Positions 18,813 to 29,875 of a stretch of 51,073 bases of DNA are shown here, in pieces. The notes beneath the pieces were generated by a model. The model was not told the DNA's origin. It searched no databases and saw only the letters and a list, made by a program, of their open reading frames with translations. The stretch is from Opitutaceae bacterium (GTDB taxonomy: Bacteria; Verrucomicrobiota; Verrucomicrobiia; Opitutales; Opitutaceae): assembly GCA_025352845.1 (NCBI GenBank), contig JANXSC010000341.1, positions 1-51,073 of the forward strand, read 5' to 3'. Made by a program: the position numbers and the translations under genes. Position 1 is the first letter of the stretch, and each line of letters begins with the position of its first letter.

Positions 18813-21800
18813 TCAGAACCGCCCGCGCACGCCGAGGGTCCAGACAGCGCCGAAGTTGTCTTTGTAGGCGATCGTGCCGGGGGCGTTGATGTAGGTCTCG
18901 AGGGCTTGGTTGAGGACGTTGCGGCAACTGAGCGTGAGTTCGTAGGTGCGGTTGAGTTTGAAACCGCCGCTGTAGTCGAACATCAGGCGCTCGCGCTCCC
19001 AGGTCGAATTCACGCCAAGCGCGGTGGCGCGTGCGGCCGTCCACGTGAAGCGGAGCTGCGAATTGAAGCGCGAGTTGCCGTAGCGCAGGCCGCCGTTGGC
19101 GGACTTGGAATTGATGTTCACGAGCTTCACGTCGGGCACGGTGTGCGAGACGGAGCCGAAGACGCTGAAGCCGCGCAGCCAGCCGGGGAGAAACACGAGC
19201 TGCTGGCTGTATTCCACATCGACGCCCTGGATGCGGCGCGTGGTGTCGGCGTTGGTGGCGCGGAAAAATTTGTAGCCGGTGAACTCGGGATCGTCGTCGT
19301 AGCCGGCCTCGGCGGCGGAGACGGGTGCGCTGAGCGTGCCGAGATTTTTCACGAAGAGCCGGTAGCCGGAGACGGTGATCGTGCCGGCAGGTTCGAGGTA
19401 ATACTGGGCGCTCAGGAAAAATTTGTCGGAGGTCTCGGGCTTCAGCTTGGCGTTGGGCAGCGTGACGCTTTGCGTCGCCTCGTTGATCGAGATGATGCCG
19501 GCGATGCTGTCGTAGTTGGGGCGGCCGATGGACTGCGAGGCGGCGGCTTGGAGGACGAGGCTCGGCGTGACGTTGTATTTCACGCCACCGCTGAAAAACG
19601 TGTTGTCGTAGCTGCCGTAGGTGGCGGGGCGCGCGCCGTTGCGATATTGGTAGACGACGTAGGGAATCGTGCCGGCGGTGTAGCCGGCGGCGCGCACGCC
19701 GGCGGCGGGCAAGACATCCATCGTGCGACCGATGGTGCGCGAGCGCTCCTGGCGCACGCCGAGGTTGAAACGGAAATCGCGCCAGCGCGTGTTGGCCTCG
19801 ACATAACCGGCGTCCACCTGCTCCTGCACCGAGCGCGGCGTGATGAAGGCGTTGGTGAAATTCGTGACGGTGTCGGGGACGAATTGCTCGGGCGATTTCT
19901 GGAAGAGCGAGGCCATCGCGTTGGAGTCGGGCCACGGGAGATACAGCGAGGCGATGTTGCCACCCTGCTTGGGATCGAAGTGGTGGCGGTCTTCGTCGAT
20001 GACGACGGTGGAGGGATCGGTTTGCGCGGCGAGCGTGCCGCGCGGGCCGACGAAGGTCCAACGCTGCGTGCCGCCCCACGTGTTGCCAAACGTGGTGAGG
20101 CGTGACTTCACGCCCGCAACGAAGAGCACCGGCTGGCCCGCGAGCGTGATTGTGCGCTTGGCGTCAAGGTAGCCGGTGAACACCTGACTCTGGCCGGAGC
20201 GTGCGCTGGAGATGACGTTGTTGGCGTTGAGATCGTCGCGACCCCAGTTCGCGATGTCGCCCCACGGGCGGCCGGAGAGCTGCGAGACGGTCCACTCGGA
20301 GGAGTGGGTGTTCGGGCGCTCGGCCAGCCAACTGATGCGCGTGAGGCGGAGATTGACGCTCTGGAAATATCCCTGCCGCAAATCCTCGTAGTGCGTGCGA
20401 CTGCGCGAATACCCGCCGCCGCCGGTGAGCGTGAGATCGCCGCGCTGCCACTCGAGCTTGCCGGAGTAGGTGGCGGTGTCGTTGCGCTTGTTGCGGTGGT
20501 TGCCGGCGGTTTCGAGGCGCGTGTTGGCGTTGGCGGCGGAGTTCGCGACTATCCGCGTGAGCGTGGAGGAGGGATCGATCTGCGCGAGGTTGGACGTGAA
20601 GCTGATGTTGCGCGCGACGAACTCGTCGCTGAGGTGCGAGCCGCTGATGCGCACGGAGGCGATGAGGTGTGGCGTGATTTTGTAGTCGAGGTTGGCGCCG
20701 ACGGACTCGCGCTCGATGACCTTCGGCGCATCCTTGAACGTGAGGCCGGTAATGACGGGGCCGCGCGCGGCGTTGGAAAAATCGTAGGCGTGCGTGACCT
20801 GCTCCTGTTCGCCGTAGATCGTGGAGGTGCCGACATTGAGCTGCACGCCGAGGCGGCCGCCAAAGACATCCGAGTAGCTCAGCGTGCCGCCGGGAAACGC
20901 GACGCGGCGGAGGGCGTTGGTCGGCGACGGCACGCGCTTGAGGGTCATATTGTATTCGTTGGCCGACACGGTGAACTGCGCGACGATCTCGCGGCCCTTG
21001 CGGTCGAACGCGGAGCGCGTGCGGAGGTTGATCGAGCCGGCGGGCGCGTCGGCATCCATGCGCGCGGTGAGGGTCTTGTTCACCTCGATGGCCTCGACGC
21101 TGTTGATGCTCGCCTGCTCGAACTCGAACTGCCGCGAATCGCCGCCGAAGCCGGCCGAGGCGGCGCTGGCCATCCTCATGCCGTCGACAGAGACGCCGAC
21201 GTATTTGGGATCGAGGCCGCCGATGCGGACGGCGCGGGCGTCGGACTGGTTGTAGTCGATGACGACGCCGGGCATATACTTCATGAACTCGCCGACGTTG
21301 CCGTTGGTGATGTCGCCAAAGTTGTCGGCGGCGATCACGTTCTTCACGTTCACGGCGGCGCGCTGCTCCATCACAGCCTTGGCGTTGCCCTCGCGCTCGG
21401 AGGAGACGACGAATTGCTCGAGCTTCACGATGGCGCTGGTGTTTTTCGCGGCGACGGAGTTCGCCGCACCGATGTTGCCGAGCGCGGGCGTCAGCTCGAA
21501 ATCTCGCGTCGCCGTCGCGCCCGGTGCGAGTTGGAGCTGCGCGGAGATCGGCTCGTAGCCGGTGTAGGTGACGCGGAGCGTCACGGCCCCCGCAGGCACG
21601 CCACCGAGGGAGAACGAGCCGTCGTCCGCAGAGTAGGTGGAGAAATTCGAGCCGACGACGACGACCTCGACGTTGCGGACGTATTCCTGCGTGGCGGGAT
21701 TGAAGACGCGGCCGACGATCGTGGCGGTGGCGTCGGCGGCGCTTGCCACGAGCGACGACAAGGTGAGCACCGCAAGCCAGACAAAGAGGCTCAACGCACG

Positions 21801-21833
21801 GCGCACGATCAGGGGAAGCAAATCAGCTTTCAT
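18813..21833 (-). CDS. TonB-dependent receptor with N-terminal carboxypeptidase-regulatory-like domain
   Basis: IVGRVFNPATQEY N-domain, plug NVGEFMKYMPGV and VEAIEVNKTLTARMDADAPAGSINL, PNAKLKPE, C-terminal GVRGRF. Start placed at ATG 21833. Confidence 0.92.
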   Translation of the reverse strand: MKADLLPLIVRRALSLFVWLAVLTLSSLVASAADATATIVGRVFNPATQEYVRNVEVVVVGSNFSTYSADDGSFSLGGVPAGAVTLRVTYTGYEPISAQLQLAPGATATRDFELTPALGNIGAANSVAAKNTSAIVKLEQFVVSSEREGNAKAVMEQRAAVNVKNVIAADNFGDITNGNVGEFMKYMPGVVIDYNQSDARAVRIGGLDPKYVGVSVDGMRMASAASAGFGGDSRQFEFEQASINSVEAIEVNKTLTARMDADAPAGSINLRTRSAFDRKGREIVAQFTVSANEYNMTLKRVPSPTNALRRVAFPGGTLSYSDVFGGRLGVQLNVGTSTIYGEQEQVTHAYDFSNAARGPVITGLTFKDAPKVIERESVGANLDYKITPHLIASVRISGSHLSDEFVARNISFTSNLAQIDPSSTLTRIVANSAANANTRLETAGNHRNKRNDTATYSGKLEWQRGDLTLTGGGGYSRSRTHYEDLRQGYFQSVNLRLTRISWLAERPNTHSSEWTVSQLSGRPWGDIANWGRDDLNANNVISSARSGQSQVFTGYLDAKRTITLAGQPVLFVAGVKSRLTTFGNTWGGTQRWTFVGPRGTLAAQTDPSTVVIDEDRHHFDPKQGGNIASLYLPWPDSNAMASLFQKSPEQFVPDTVTNFTNAFITPRSVQEQVDAGYVEANTRWRDFRFNLGVRQERSRTIGRTMDVLPAAGVRAAGYTAGTIPYVVYQYRNGARPATYGSYDNTFFSGGVKYNVTPSLVLQAAASQSIGRPNYDSIAGIISINEATQSVTLPNAKLKPETSDKFFLSAQYYLEPAGTITVSGYRLFVKNLGTLSAPVSAAEAGYDDDPEFTGYKFFRATNADTTRRIQGVDVEYSQQLVFLPGWLRGFSVFGSVSHTVPDVKLVNINSKSANGGLRYGNSRFNSQLRFTWTAARATALGVNSTWERERLMFDYSGGFKLNRTYELTLSCRNVLNQALETYINAPGTIAYKDNFGAVWTLGVRGRF

Positions 21834-22041
21834 CGGGAGCGGAGTTGAAATTTGCCAAGCGTGGTGGGGTTGATCGACGGAACCGCTCAACACCCGTCCT
21901 GGTAGGCGGACGCGCGTGAGCATGAAAATAAAAATGACTTCGGACGCGCCGGGCGAGGGATAATTCGGGGCGCGCTCCGCTGGGCGGGAAGCGCATCAAC
22001 GATGAGCATACCCGCGTCGGAACGACAGTTTGGCCGCTGTT

Positions 22042-22197
22042 CTCTCAGCGCGAGTCGAAAAGGGGCCCATGCTTGTCATTCTGAGCGCAGCGAAGAATCC
22101 AGCAGGACATTCGCACCTCTGAAAACGCCGCGTTGATCCCAGTGGATTCTTCGCTCCGCTCAGAATGACAGACCTTTTTTTTCGACGCCCTCTCAGC
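22042..22197. mobile_element. MITE-like composite C: imperfect TIRs with flanking direct repeats around a TGTCATTCTGAGC-type REP doublet
   Basis: GCGCGAGTCGAAAA (22048-22061) matches TTTTCGACGCCCTC (22179-22192) at 11/14 positions, with TCA on both flanks and CTCTCAGC repeated at 22042 and 22190. The core is TGTCATTCTGAGCGCAGCGAAGAATCC...GGATTCTTCGCTCCGCTCAGAATGACA (22074-22170). Confidence 0.6.
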
Positions 22198-22231
22198 CGA
22201 GGCGGGACGCCTCAGCCACGTTGCGGGCCGC

Positions 22232-23110
22232 TCAAAATTTCACCTGCGAGAGAAACTTCAGGCTCTGCGGAATCTGCGCCTCGGAGGAGGGCGACTCGTC
22301 CTCGATGAAATAATATTTCACGCCGGCTTTTTTCGCGGCGGCGAGAATCGAGGGCCAGTTCATCTGGCCGGTGCCGATGGCGACATCGTTGGCCACGTCG
22401 GTCTTGCCGGTAAGGAAACCCGTCGCGACGCCCTTCTTCAGATCCTTCAGGTGGATCAGTTTCCAACGGTCGGGATACTGCGCGAGGAGCTTCGCCGGAT
22501 CTTGGCCGGGGAAGACGACCCAGAGGATGTCCATCTCGAAGCTCACGGTTTTCGGATTCGTTTCCTTGATGAGAAAATCCATCAGCGTGCCGCCGGCATG
22601 CGGCTGAAACTCGAAGCCATGGCAGTGGTAGAAAAACTTCAGCCCGTGTTTCGCGAGGACTTCGCCGGCCTTGTTAAACGTCGCGACGATCTCGCGCGCC
22701 TGCGGTTCGTCGAGCGGCGCCTTGTGGTCGGCCCACGCGCAGCCGGCGAATTCGAGCCCGAGCGCCTTCGCCTCGGCGGCGACCTTCTCGGGCTCGTCCT
22801 TGAAACGCTTGTAGGGAAAGTGGCCGCTCACGGCCTTGATGCCGCGCTCGGCGAGGAGCTTGAGCAGCTGCTCGGGCGGGAGATTGTAGGTGCCGGCGAG
22901 CTCGGCGTATTTGATGCCGAAGCCCTTCACCGTATCGAGCGTCTTGGGCACACCGTTGGCGGTGAACTGCGCGCGCAGCGAATAAAGCTGGAGGCCGACC
23001 GGGCCCTTGAACGAGGCACCGGTGCCGACATCGGCAGCGGCGGCCGGAGCAACGGCAAACGCGAGCGCGAGCGGAGCGAAGAGAATGGCGGAGCGGAGGA
23101 GGTTTTTCAT
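22232..23110 (-). CDS. sugar phosphate isomerase/epimerase (AP_endonuc_2 / IolE-like TIM barrel), exported
   Basis: Signal peptide, GLQLYSLR, YHCHGFEF, FEMDILW, IHLKD, IGTG, YFIEDE. Confidence 0.88.
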   Translation of the reverse strand: MKNLLRSAILFAPLALAFAVAPAAAADVGTGASFKGPVGLQLYSLRAQFTANGVPKTLDTVKGFGIKYAELAGTYNLPPEQLLKLLAERGIKAVSGHFPYKRFKDEPEKVAAEAKALGLEFAGCAWADHKAPLDEPQAREIVATFNKAGEVLAKHGLKFFYHCHGFEFQPHAGGTLMDFLIKETNPKTVSFEMDILWVVFPGQDPAKLLAQYPDRWKLIHLKDLKKGVATGFLTGKTDVANDVAIGTGQMNWPSILAAAKKAGVKYYFIEDESPSSEAQIPQSLKFLSQVKF

Positions 23111-23165
23111 GGGGAAAGGAAAGTAGTGAATGGAAGACGGAAGTAACGCCGAGATAGAACGCCGA

Positions 23166-23633
23166 TCATTTCTTGGCCGCGGGCGCAGCCGTCGCCGCGG
23201 TATCAAGTTTGCACGACTGCCAAGCGAGGAAGCGCCACGCGCCTTTTTCCAGACGATACGCGGCGAGCACGCTGAGATAGAGTTCGTTGAACGGCGCGGT
23301 TTTTCCCAGCTGCACGCGGCAGCGCGCCGTCATCAGCACGAGGCCGGCCGCGACCTCGCGGAAATCGCGCTGCTCGTAGGTGACGGAGTGGTAGGCCGAT
23401 TTACCCGACGCAATCGCGGGCGCAAACGTGGCCTTGGTGTCCACCTTGCCGTTGGAGTGCACGTAGATCAGGTCGTCGGAAAACGCCGCAGCGAGCTTTG
23501 CCGGATCGGCGGAGATCATGGCGGCGACGCGCGCATCGTCGGCCGCGCGCCACGCGGCGGCGGGATCGGTTGCGGCGCGGAGGGGCGAGAGCGCGAGGGC
23601 AAAGACGGCGAGGGCGAAGAGGTGGGATTTCAT
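23166..23633 (-). CDS. DUF4440 / NTF2-like family protein
   Basis: Signal peptide, DDARVAAM, SDDLIYVHSNGKVDTK, WRFLAWQS. Confidence 0.85.
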   Translation of the reverse strand: MKSHLFALAVFALALSPLRAATDPAAAWRAADDARVAAMISADPAKLAAAFSDDLIYVHSNGKVDTKATFAPAIASGKSAYHSVTYEQRDFREVAAGLVLMTARCRVQLGKTAPFNELYLSVLAAYRLEKGAWRFLAWQSCKLDTAATAAPAAKK

Positions 23634-23799
23634 GGGGAGGTGAGATCGGAGCGAAACGGGAGATGTGGGCAGGGTAAAGGGTGAAGGTGGCCAAAGATCG
23701 ATGCCGCAACAAACTCGCCTTCCTCACCCTGCCCGCCAACAACGGCCTTGCGCGAAAATCGGCTCCACCCTGACATCGCGTGATGAACTCGACTGGAAA

Positions 23800-24363
23800 A
23801 TGAGTCTCCCTCGGCTGCAATTGCGAACCCTTCGGGTTGGGGACGAAGCGTCGTTCCGAAAAGCCGTCGCGGAATTCGCACGCGAAACTCCGCCGTGGCA
23901 GTTCGCATTTGATTTCAGCCATAGCACTGTTTTCGCCAATTACGTGAGGCAGCTGGAGCGATGCTCACATGGCATCGATGTGCCCGCGCACTTCGTGCCG
24001 AACACCTACTTTGTCGGTATCGTCGACGGTGCGGTGGTGGGACGAATCTCGCTCCGACATTTACTGAATGACTTCCTCGCGAAAGTCGGCGGCCACATCG
24101 GCTACGGCGTCATCCCCTCGCAACGCCGCCAGGGCTACGCCACCGATATGCTGCGTAACGCACTCCCCCTTTGCGCCGGTCTCGGAATCCGACGAGCCTT
24201 GATCACATGCGACGAGCACAACATCGGCTCGCGAAAAGTGATCGAGGCGTGCGGCGGAATTTTTGAAGGGATGATCGACGACCCTGAGTCCAATGGACGG
24301 AAACGGCGCTACTGGGTCGTTACGGCTGAGAACTATGTCTCGCCGCAGGATTTATTCCAGTAA
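23800..24363 (+). CDS. GNAT family N-acetyltransferase
   Basis: VGRISLRHLLN, GGHIGYGVIPSQRRQGYA (acetyl-CoA motif), LITCDEHNIGSRKVIEACGG. Confidence 0.92.
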   Translation: MSLPRLQLRTLRVGDEASFRKAVAEFARETPPWQFAFDFSHSTVFANYVRQLERCSHGIDVPAHFVPNTYFVGIVDGAVVGRISLRHLLNDFLAKVGGHIGYGVIPSQRRQGYATDMLRNALPLCAGLGIRRALITCDEHNIGSRKVIEACGGIFEGMIDDPESNGRKRRYWVVTAENYVSPQDLFQ

Positions 24364-24370
24364 ACCTCAC

Positions 24371-25849
<1,479 letters not shown>

Positions 25850-25929
25850 GAGAGTGGGAAGTTTGGGAAACCGGAAAAAACGGGAGGGTGAAAAACGCCG
25901 GAGGCGGAAAGATGGAACGAAAAACTCTC

Positions 25930-26025
25930 TGTCATTCTGAGCGGAGCGAAGAATCCACTTGGATATACGAAGCCGCAAAGCGCGTCGAAAGTCCTGCTGG
26001 ATTCTTTGCTCCGCTCAAAATGACA
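25930..26025. repeat. TGTCATTCTGAGC-type REP doublet, second copy, inverted relative to 22074-22170
   Basis: TGTCATTCTGAGCGGAGCGAAGAATCC...GGATTCTTTGCTCCGCTCAAAATGACA. Spacer ends (CCAGCAGGAC, AGTGGATTC) are shared with copy 1. Confidence 0.88.
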
Positions 26026-26051
26026 AACAGGGTTGAGGTCATGGTGCCGAG

Positions 26052-29000
26052 TCAGCGGTTAAACAAAAACGCCGGGTTGTTGATGATCGCCCACGCGAGG
26101 TCTTGCGCGCCGGTGAGCCGTTGGTCGGTGAGCTGATTCGTGCTCAGCGCGGCGTCGGCGCGGAGTTGCGCGAGCTTGGGATCGAGGGGCACCGGGAGTT
26201 CGGCGGTGGCGAGGGCGGTTTTGAACTGCTTTAGTTGCGGGTCCTCGGGCACGGGGAATTTGGCCTTCGCGAGCGCCTGCTGTTTCTTGAGCAGGCCGGT
26301 GTCGATGCTGCGGTAATGGACGGCAATCGTCTCGCGCTGCTCCGCCGCGCGCTCGACTGCGGGCGTTTTCAACGCAGCCACCACGGCCTCGGGCAGGCCC
26401 GGCTCAAGGGGTGCGGCCGAGGTCGTCGCCCAGAGCCGGAAGCGGCCGATGCCGAAGCCCTCGCGATACTGGTGCATGAGCTGGAAATTCAGCGTCGCGC
26501 CCTCGGCGCTGCCGATGGGCTCGGCGAGCGAGAAGCGCGCCGAGTGCGGCTCGCCGAATTTCGGGGACACCGCCCAGCCGTCCTTCGCGCCGTCTTCCTT
26601 GGTCGCGATGACGGTCTTCACCTCAAAATTTTTCTGGGAAAAATCCGCGCGCGCGTCGGTGAGCCTGGCCTCGGTCTGGTTGCGCTTGCCGGCCTTGTCG
26701 CTCCAGCGGAGGGAGAATTTCGTGAGCACGAAATTTCCCGCCATGCGCCCGGGGCCGAAAGCCGGCAGGCTGTCGTCGGGCAGCACCTCGATCATCACGC
26801 CGGTGATGCCCGCGAGGCTGGTCTCCACGGCGAGATCGTAGTTGAGGAAATTCGAGGCCGGGCCGGAGGCGAGGTAGGAGCCGTCGGGCTGCTTGGTGAG
26901 TTTGTTGAGGTTGGTGGCGTTGGCGGTCTTGGCTTCCAGCAAAGTCCACGCGGTGCCGAGGCGCGCGTCGTCGAGGCTCGCTTCCCATACGGCGATTTTC
27001 GGGGCGAGCGTCTCCTGGTAGGCGGCCAGCGTCTTGGTCTCGGCGGCGATTTTTTCCTCCCGCTTCTGCGTGGCCTCGGCGACCTGTGACGCGATCTCGC
27101 TGATGCGGGCGCCGACGGCGGACTTCGCAGCGGCAATGGCGGTGTCACGCGCCTGTTGCTTCTCCGCGTAAACGGGCGTCCACCACGCCTCCCGCTGCGC
27201 GAGCTCGGCGGCGAGACTCACGTTTTGCGTGCCGATGGTTTTCCATGACTCAAGCGTCGAATCGATCTCCTTCGCGGCGGCGTGGCGGTTGAGCGTGCGG
27301 AGGAAAATCTCGTCCACGAGCTTCCGGTCGTCGGTGATTTCCGCCGTGAGCTTCGCCAATTCGTTCTTCGGATCGTTGATCGCGCCGGAGACAGCGGGGC
27401 CGCTGAGGAGCGCCATGATCGAGCCGAGGCCGAGATCGCCGTTGCGTTCGCACTCGCAGGCAGACTCGCGCACAGGACGGCCGAGGCTCGCGAGCAGGCC
27501 GCCGGGCACATCGACCGCGGAATCGGGCAGCTGCGCGGCACGCACGCCGGGTTTCGCGCCGGGGAAATTTGGAATCGAGCCCGTGACGCGGAGCACGGAG
27601 TCGAATAAAACCTCGGCCGGCAGGCGGCGCGCCATCGCGTGCGAGTAGTTGGTGCGGTCGTCGGAGTTCCAGCGGTTCGTCGCGAGCGCGAGTTGGTAGG
27701 TGCGCGACTGCACAATCGTGCGCTGGAGCCGGCGCACGTCGAAACCGCCCTGCACAAAATCCTGCGTGAGCCACGCGAGCAGCTCGGGATTCGAGGGCGG
27801 ATTGCCCGCGCGGATGTCGTCGAGCGGATCGATGAGACCGACACCCATCATGTAACCCCACATGCGGTTCACGTAGCTGAGCGCGAAGTAGCGGTTGTCG
27901 GGCGAGGTCATCCACTCGGCGAGTTTCTCGCGGCGAGTGGCGGGATTTTGGATTTTCGATTTTGTATTTTCGATTTCGGCAGCGACCGCAGAGAGCTTGC
28001 CGAAGGCGACCGGCTTCGCGAGATACGGAAATTCCGGCGGTGTGATTTGCCCGGTGCGGTCGTGCTTCACCTCGCCCTCGGGCTTGTCGTAGGCGATCTC
28101 GTAGAGCGGCTTCGCGCCCTCGACCGCCGTGCCGCCGATCGTCTTGTTGCCGCTCTCGGGATCCTTTTTCAGGTCCACCTGCGCGAAGAACGCGGAGAGC
28201 TGGTAATATTGATCCTGCGTCCAGCGCTCGAAGGGATGGTCGTGGCACTTGTTGCAGTTGAAGCGCGTGGCGAGGAAGAGGTGCGTGGTGTTCTCCATCG
28301 TCTCCGCCGGCGTGCGGAGGACTTTGAAATAACTCGCCGCGGGATTCTCGCGGTTCGAGCCGGTCGCGGTGAGAATTTTTTTGGCGAACTGATCGTAGGG
28401 CGTGTTGGCCGCGATCTCCGTGCGAATCCATTCGCGGAAAAGTTTCGCGCCCTCCTCGCCGAGGAACTTGCGGTTCACCTGGAGCAGATCGGCCCACTTG
28501 TTCGCCCAGTGATCGACGTAGTCCGGCGAACCGATCAGGCGGTCGATCACGGCGTCGCGTTTCACGCGGGTCGGACTCGCATCGGCAAGAAACTCGCGCA
28601 CCTCAGGCGCGCTCGGCGGCAGGCCAGTGAGATCGAGATAGACGCGGCGGAGAAAATCCTCGTCGCTGCACAGGCCCGACGGGAGGATTTTCATGCGCTG
28701 CCACTTGGCCGCGACCAACTCATCGATCTTGTTCCACTTCTCCGGCTCGCTCCACGTGAAGCCCGAGCGATCGCCCATGACGGTGACGGTCGTCGCGGCG
28801 TAGTTGCCCTCGTAACGCGCGAGGACCGGTGCCTCGCCGCGGCGGCTGGTGCTGACGAGTCCGCCGCGCTCGGTCGTGGCGACATCCTGATTGCCCGACT
28901 CGATGAAACCCTCGGCCGTCACGTCGCGCTGCCGGCCGTCGGCATACGTGGCGATGATACGCATCTGCTGCTTCGCCCCGACGGCCTGCAAAACGGGATT

Positions 29001-29768
29001 CTGCGGCGTGACCTCGATTTTCGTGACGCGCGCCGCCGCGAGGTCGAGCTTCGCGCCATCGGCGATCCACGCGCGGAGGATGCGGTAATATTTGTCGTCG
29101 AACTTCGTCCGCTGCCCGCCCTCGTGCGGCACGGCGCCGGTGGCCTTGAGCAGCATCAGCGAATCGTCGGGCGAGGCGAAATTCACGCGGCGACCCGCGT
29201 GGTCATCGACGAGCGAGCGCACGTCGTAGATGGGATCGTAGCCGCGGAGCGAAAGCTTGAAACCGGCCTTGCCATCCTTCGCGCCGTGGCACGCGCCGGC
29301 GCTACAGCCGAGCTGCGCGATCACGGGATTCACGTCGCGGATGAAATCGACCTTCTGGTTCGGATCGTAGGCGACGACTTCGAGCGGGGCCTTCGCGGTT
29401 TTGCCCGCGAGTTTGACCGTGAGCTGAGTTTTACCATTGGCGACCGAACTCACCTGCCCTGCGGCCGTCACGGCCCCGACCGACGAAAGCTCGTAGGTGG
29501 CGAGCCGCGTGACATCCATTTTTCCCCCGTCCGCAAACGTCGCGGTCACGAGCAACTGCACCGCGTCGAACGCGCCCTGCAGTTTGATCGCAGCGGGGGC
29601 GACTTCGAGCGAAGCGATCGTCGCGCCCGCGGGCAGCGCCTCGGGCGCGACGAACGACATCGCAGGCGCGGGTGCCATCGCGGCGCGGGCAAAATTCGCG
29701 GAAATGATCGTCGCGAGCAACGCGGTGCCGAGCGAAAGCGAGCGGACCACAGGGCGAGAGAAATACAT
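26052..29768 (-). CDS. DUF1549/DUF1553 (PSCyt2/PSD1) protein with Ig-like domains and coiled coil
   Basis: Signal peptide, FIRDVNPV..CSAGACHG, DEDFLRRVYLDLTG, CNKCHDHPFERWTQ, VNRMWGYMMGVG, PSNPELL, RRLPAEVL, ACECER, DLAWAIINNPAFLFNR. Confidence 0.92.
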   Translation of the reverse strand: MYFSRPVVRSLSLGTALLATIISANFARAAMAPAPAMSFVAPEALPAGATIASLEVAPAAIKLQGAFDAVQLLVTATFADGGKMDVTRLATYELSSVGAVTAAGQVSSVANGKTQLTVKLAGKTAKAPLEVVAYDPNQKVDFIRDVNPVIAQLGCSAGACHGAKDGKAGFKLSLRGYDPIYDVRSLVDDHAGRRVNFASPDDSLMLLKATGAVPHEGGQRTKFDDKYYRILRAWIADGAKLDLAAARVTKIEVTPQNPVLQAVGAKQQMRIIATYADGRQRDVTAEGFIESGNQDVATTERGGLVSTSRRGEAPVLARYEGNYAATTVTVMGDRSGFTWSEPEKWNKIDELVAAKWQRMKILPSGLCSDEDFLRRVYLDLTGLPPSAPEVREFLADASPTRVKRDAVIDRLIGSPDYVDHWANKWADLLQVNRKFLGEEGAKLFREWIRTEIAANTPYDQFAKKILTATGSNRENPAASYFKVLRTPAETMENTTHLFLATRFNCNKCHDHPFERWTQDQYYQLSAFFAQVDLKKDPESGNKTIGGTAVEGAKPLYEIAYDKPEGEVKHDRTGQITPPEFPYLAKPVAFGKLSAVAAEIENTKSKIQNPATRREKLAEWMTSPDNRYFALSYVNRMWGYMMGVGLIDPLDDIRAGNPPSNPELLAWLTQDFVQGGFDVRRLQRTIVQSRTYQLALATNRWNSDDRTNYSHAMARRLPAEVLFDSVLRVTGSIPNFPGAKPGVRAAQLPDSAVDVPGGLLASLGRPVRESACECERNGDLGLGSIMALLSGPAVSGAINDPKNELAKLTAEITDDRKLVDEIFLRTLNRHAAAKEIDSTLESWKTIGTQNVSLAAELAQREAWWTPVYAEKQQARDTAIAAAKSAVGARISEIASQVAEATQKREEKIAAETKTLAAYQETLAPKIAVWEASLDDARLGTAWTLLEAKTANATNLNKLTKQPDGSYLASGPASNFLNYDLAVETSLAGITGVMIEVLPDDSLPAFGPGRMAGNFVLTKFSLRWSDKAGKRNQTEARLTDARADFSQKNFEVKTVIATKEDGAKDGWAVSPKFGEPHSARFSLAEPIGSAEGATLNFQLMHQYREGFGIGRFRLWATTSAAPLEPGLPEAVVAALKTPAVERAAEQRETIAVHYRSIDTGLLKKQQALAKAKFPVPEDPQLKQFKTALATAELPVPLDPKLAQLRADAALSTNQLTDQRLTGAQDLAWAIINNPAFLFNR
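27944..27978. repeat. AT-rich 7-bp tandem repeat (GATTTTS x5) inside a CDS
   Basis: GATTTTG GATTTTC GATTTTG TATTTTC GATTTCG; encodes EIENTKSKIQN on the minus strand. Confidence 0.8.
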
Positions 29769-29816
29769 GGCGAAATTGGCGAAGGCGCGCGTCGTGATGC
29801 GGAAAATTGCTTAGAA

Positions 29817-29875
29817 GTAGGACGGACTTCAGTCCGCCTTGGCGCGTGTCGAAGGCGGACTAAAGTCCGCCCTAC
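29817..29875. repeat. GTAG REP doublet overlapping the 3' end of the cytochrome-WD40 gene
   Basis: GTAGGACGGACTTCAGTCCGCC ... GGCGGACTAAAGTCCGCCCTAC; each arm has an internal hairpin. Confidence 0.85.

Noticed and set aside
25850-25978. N-terminal extension of the DUF1501 ORF
   Set aside because: It runs through the REP doublet. The Tat-signal context supports the start at 25849.
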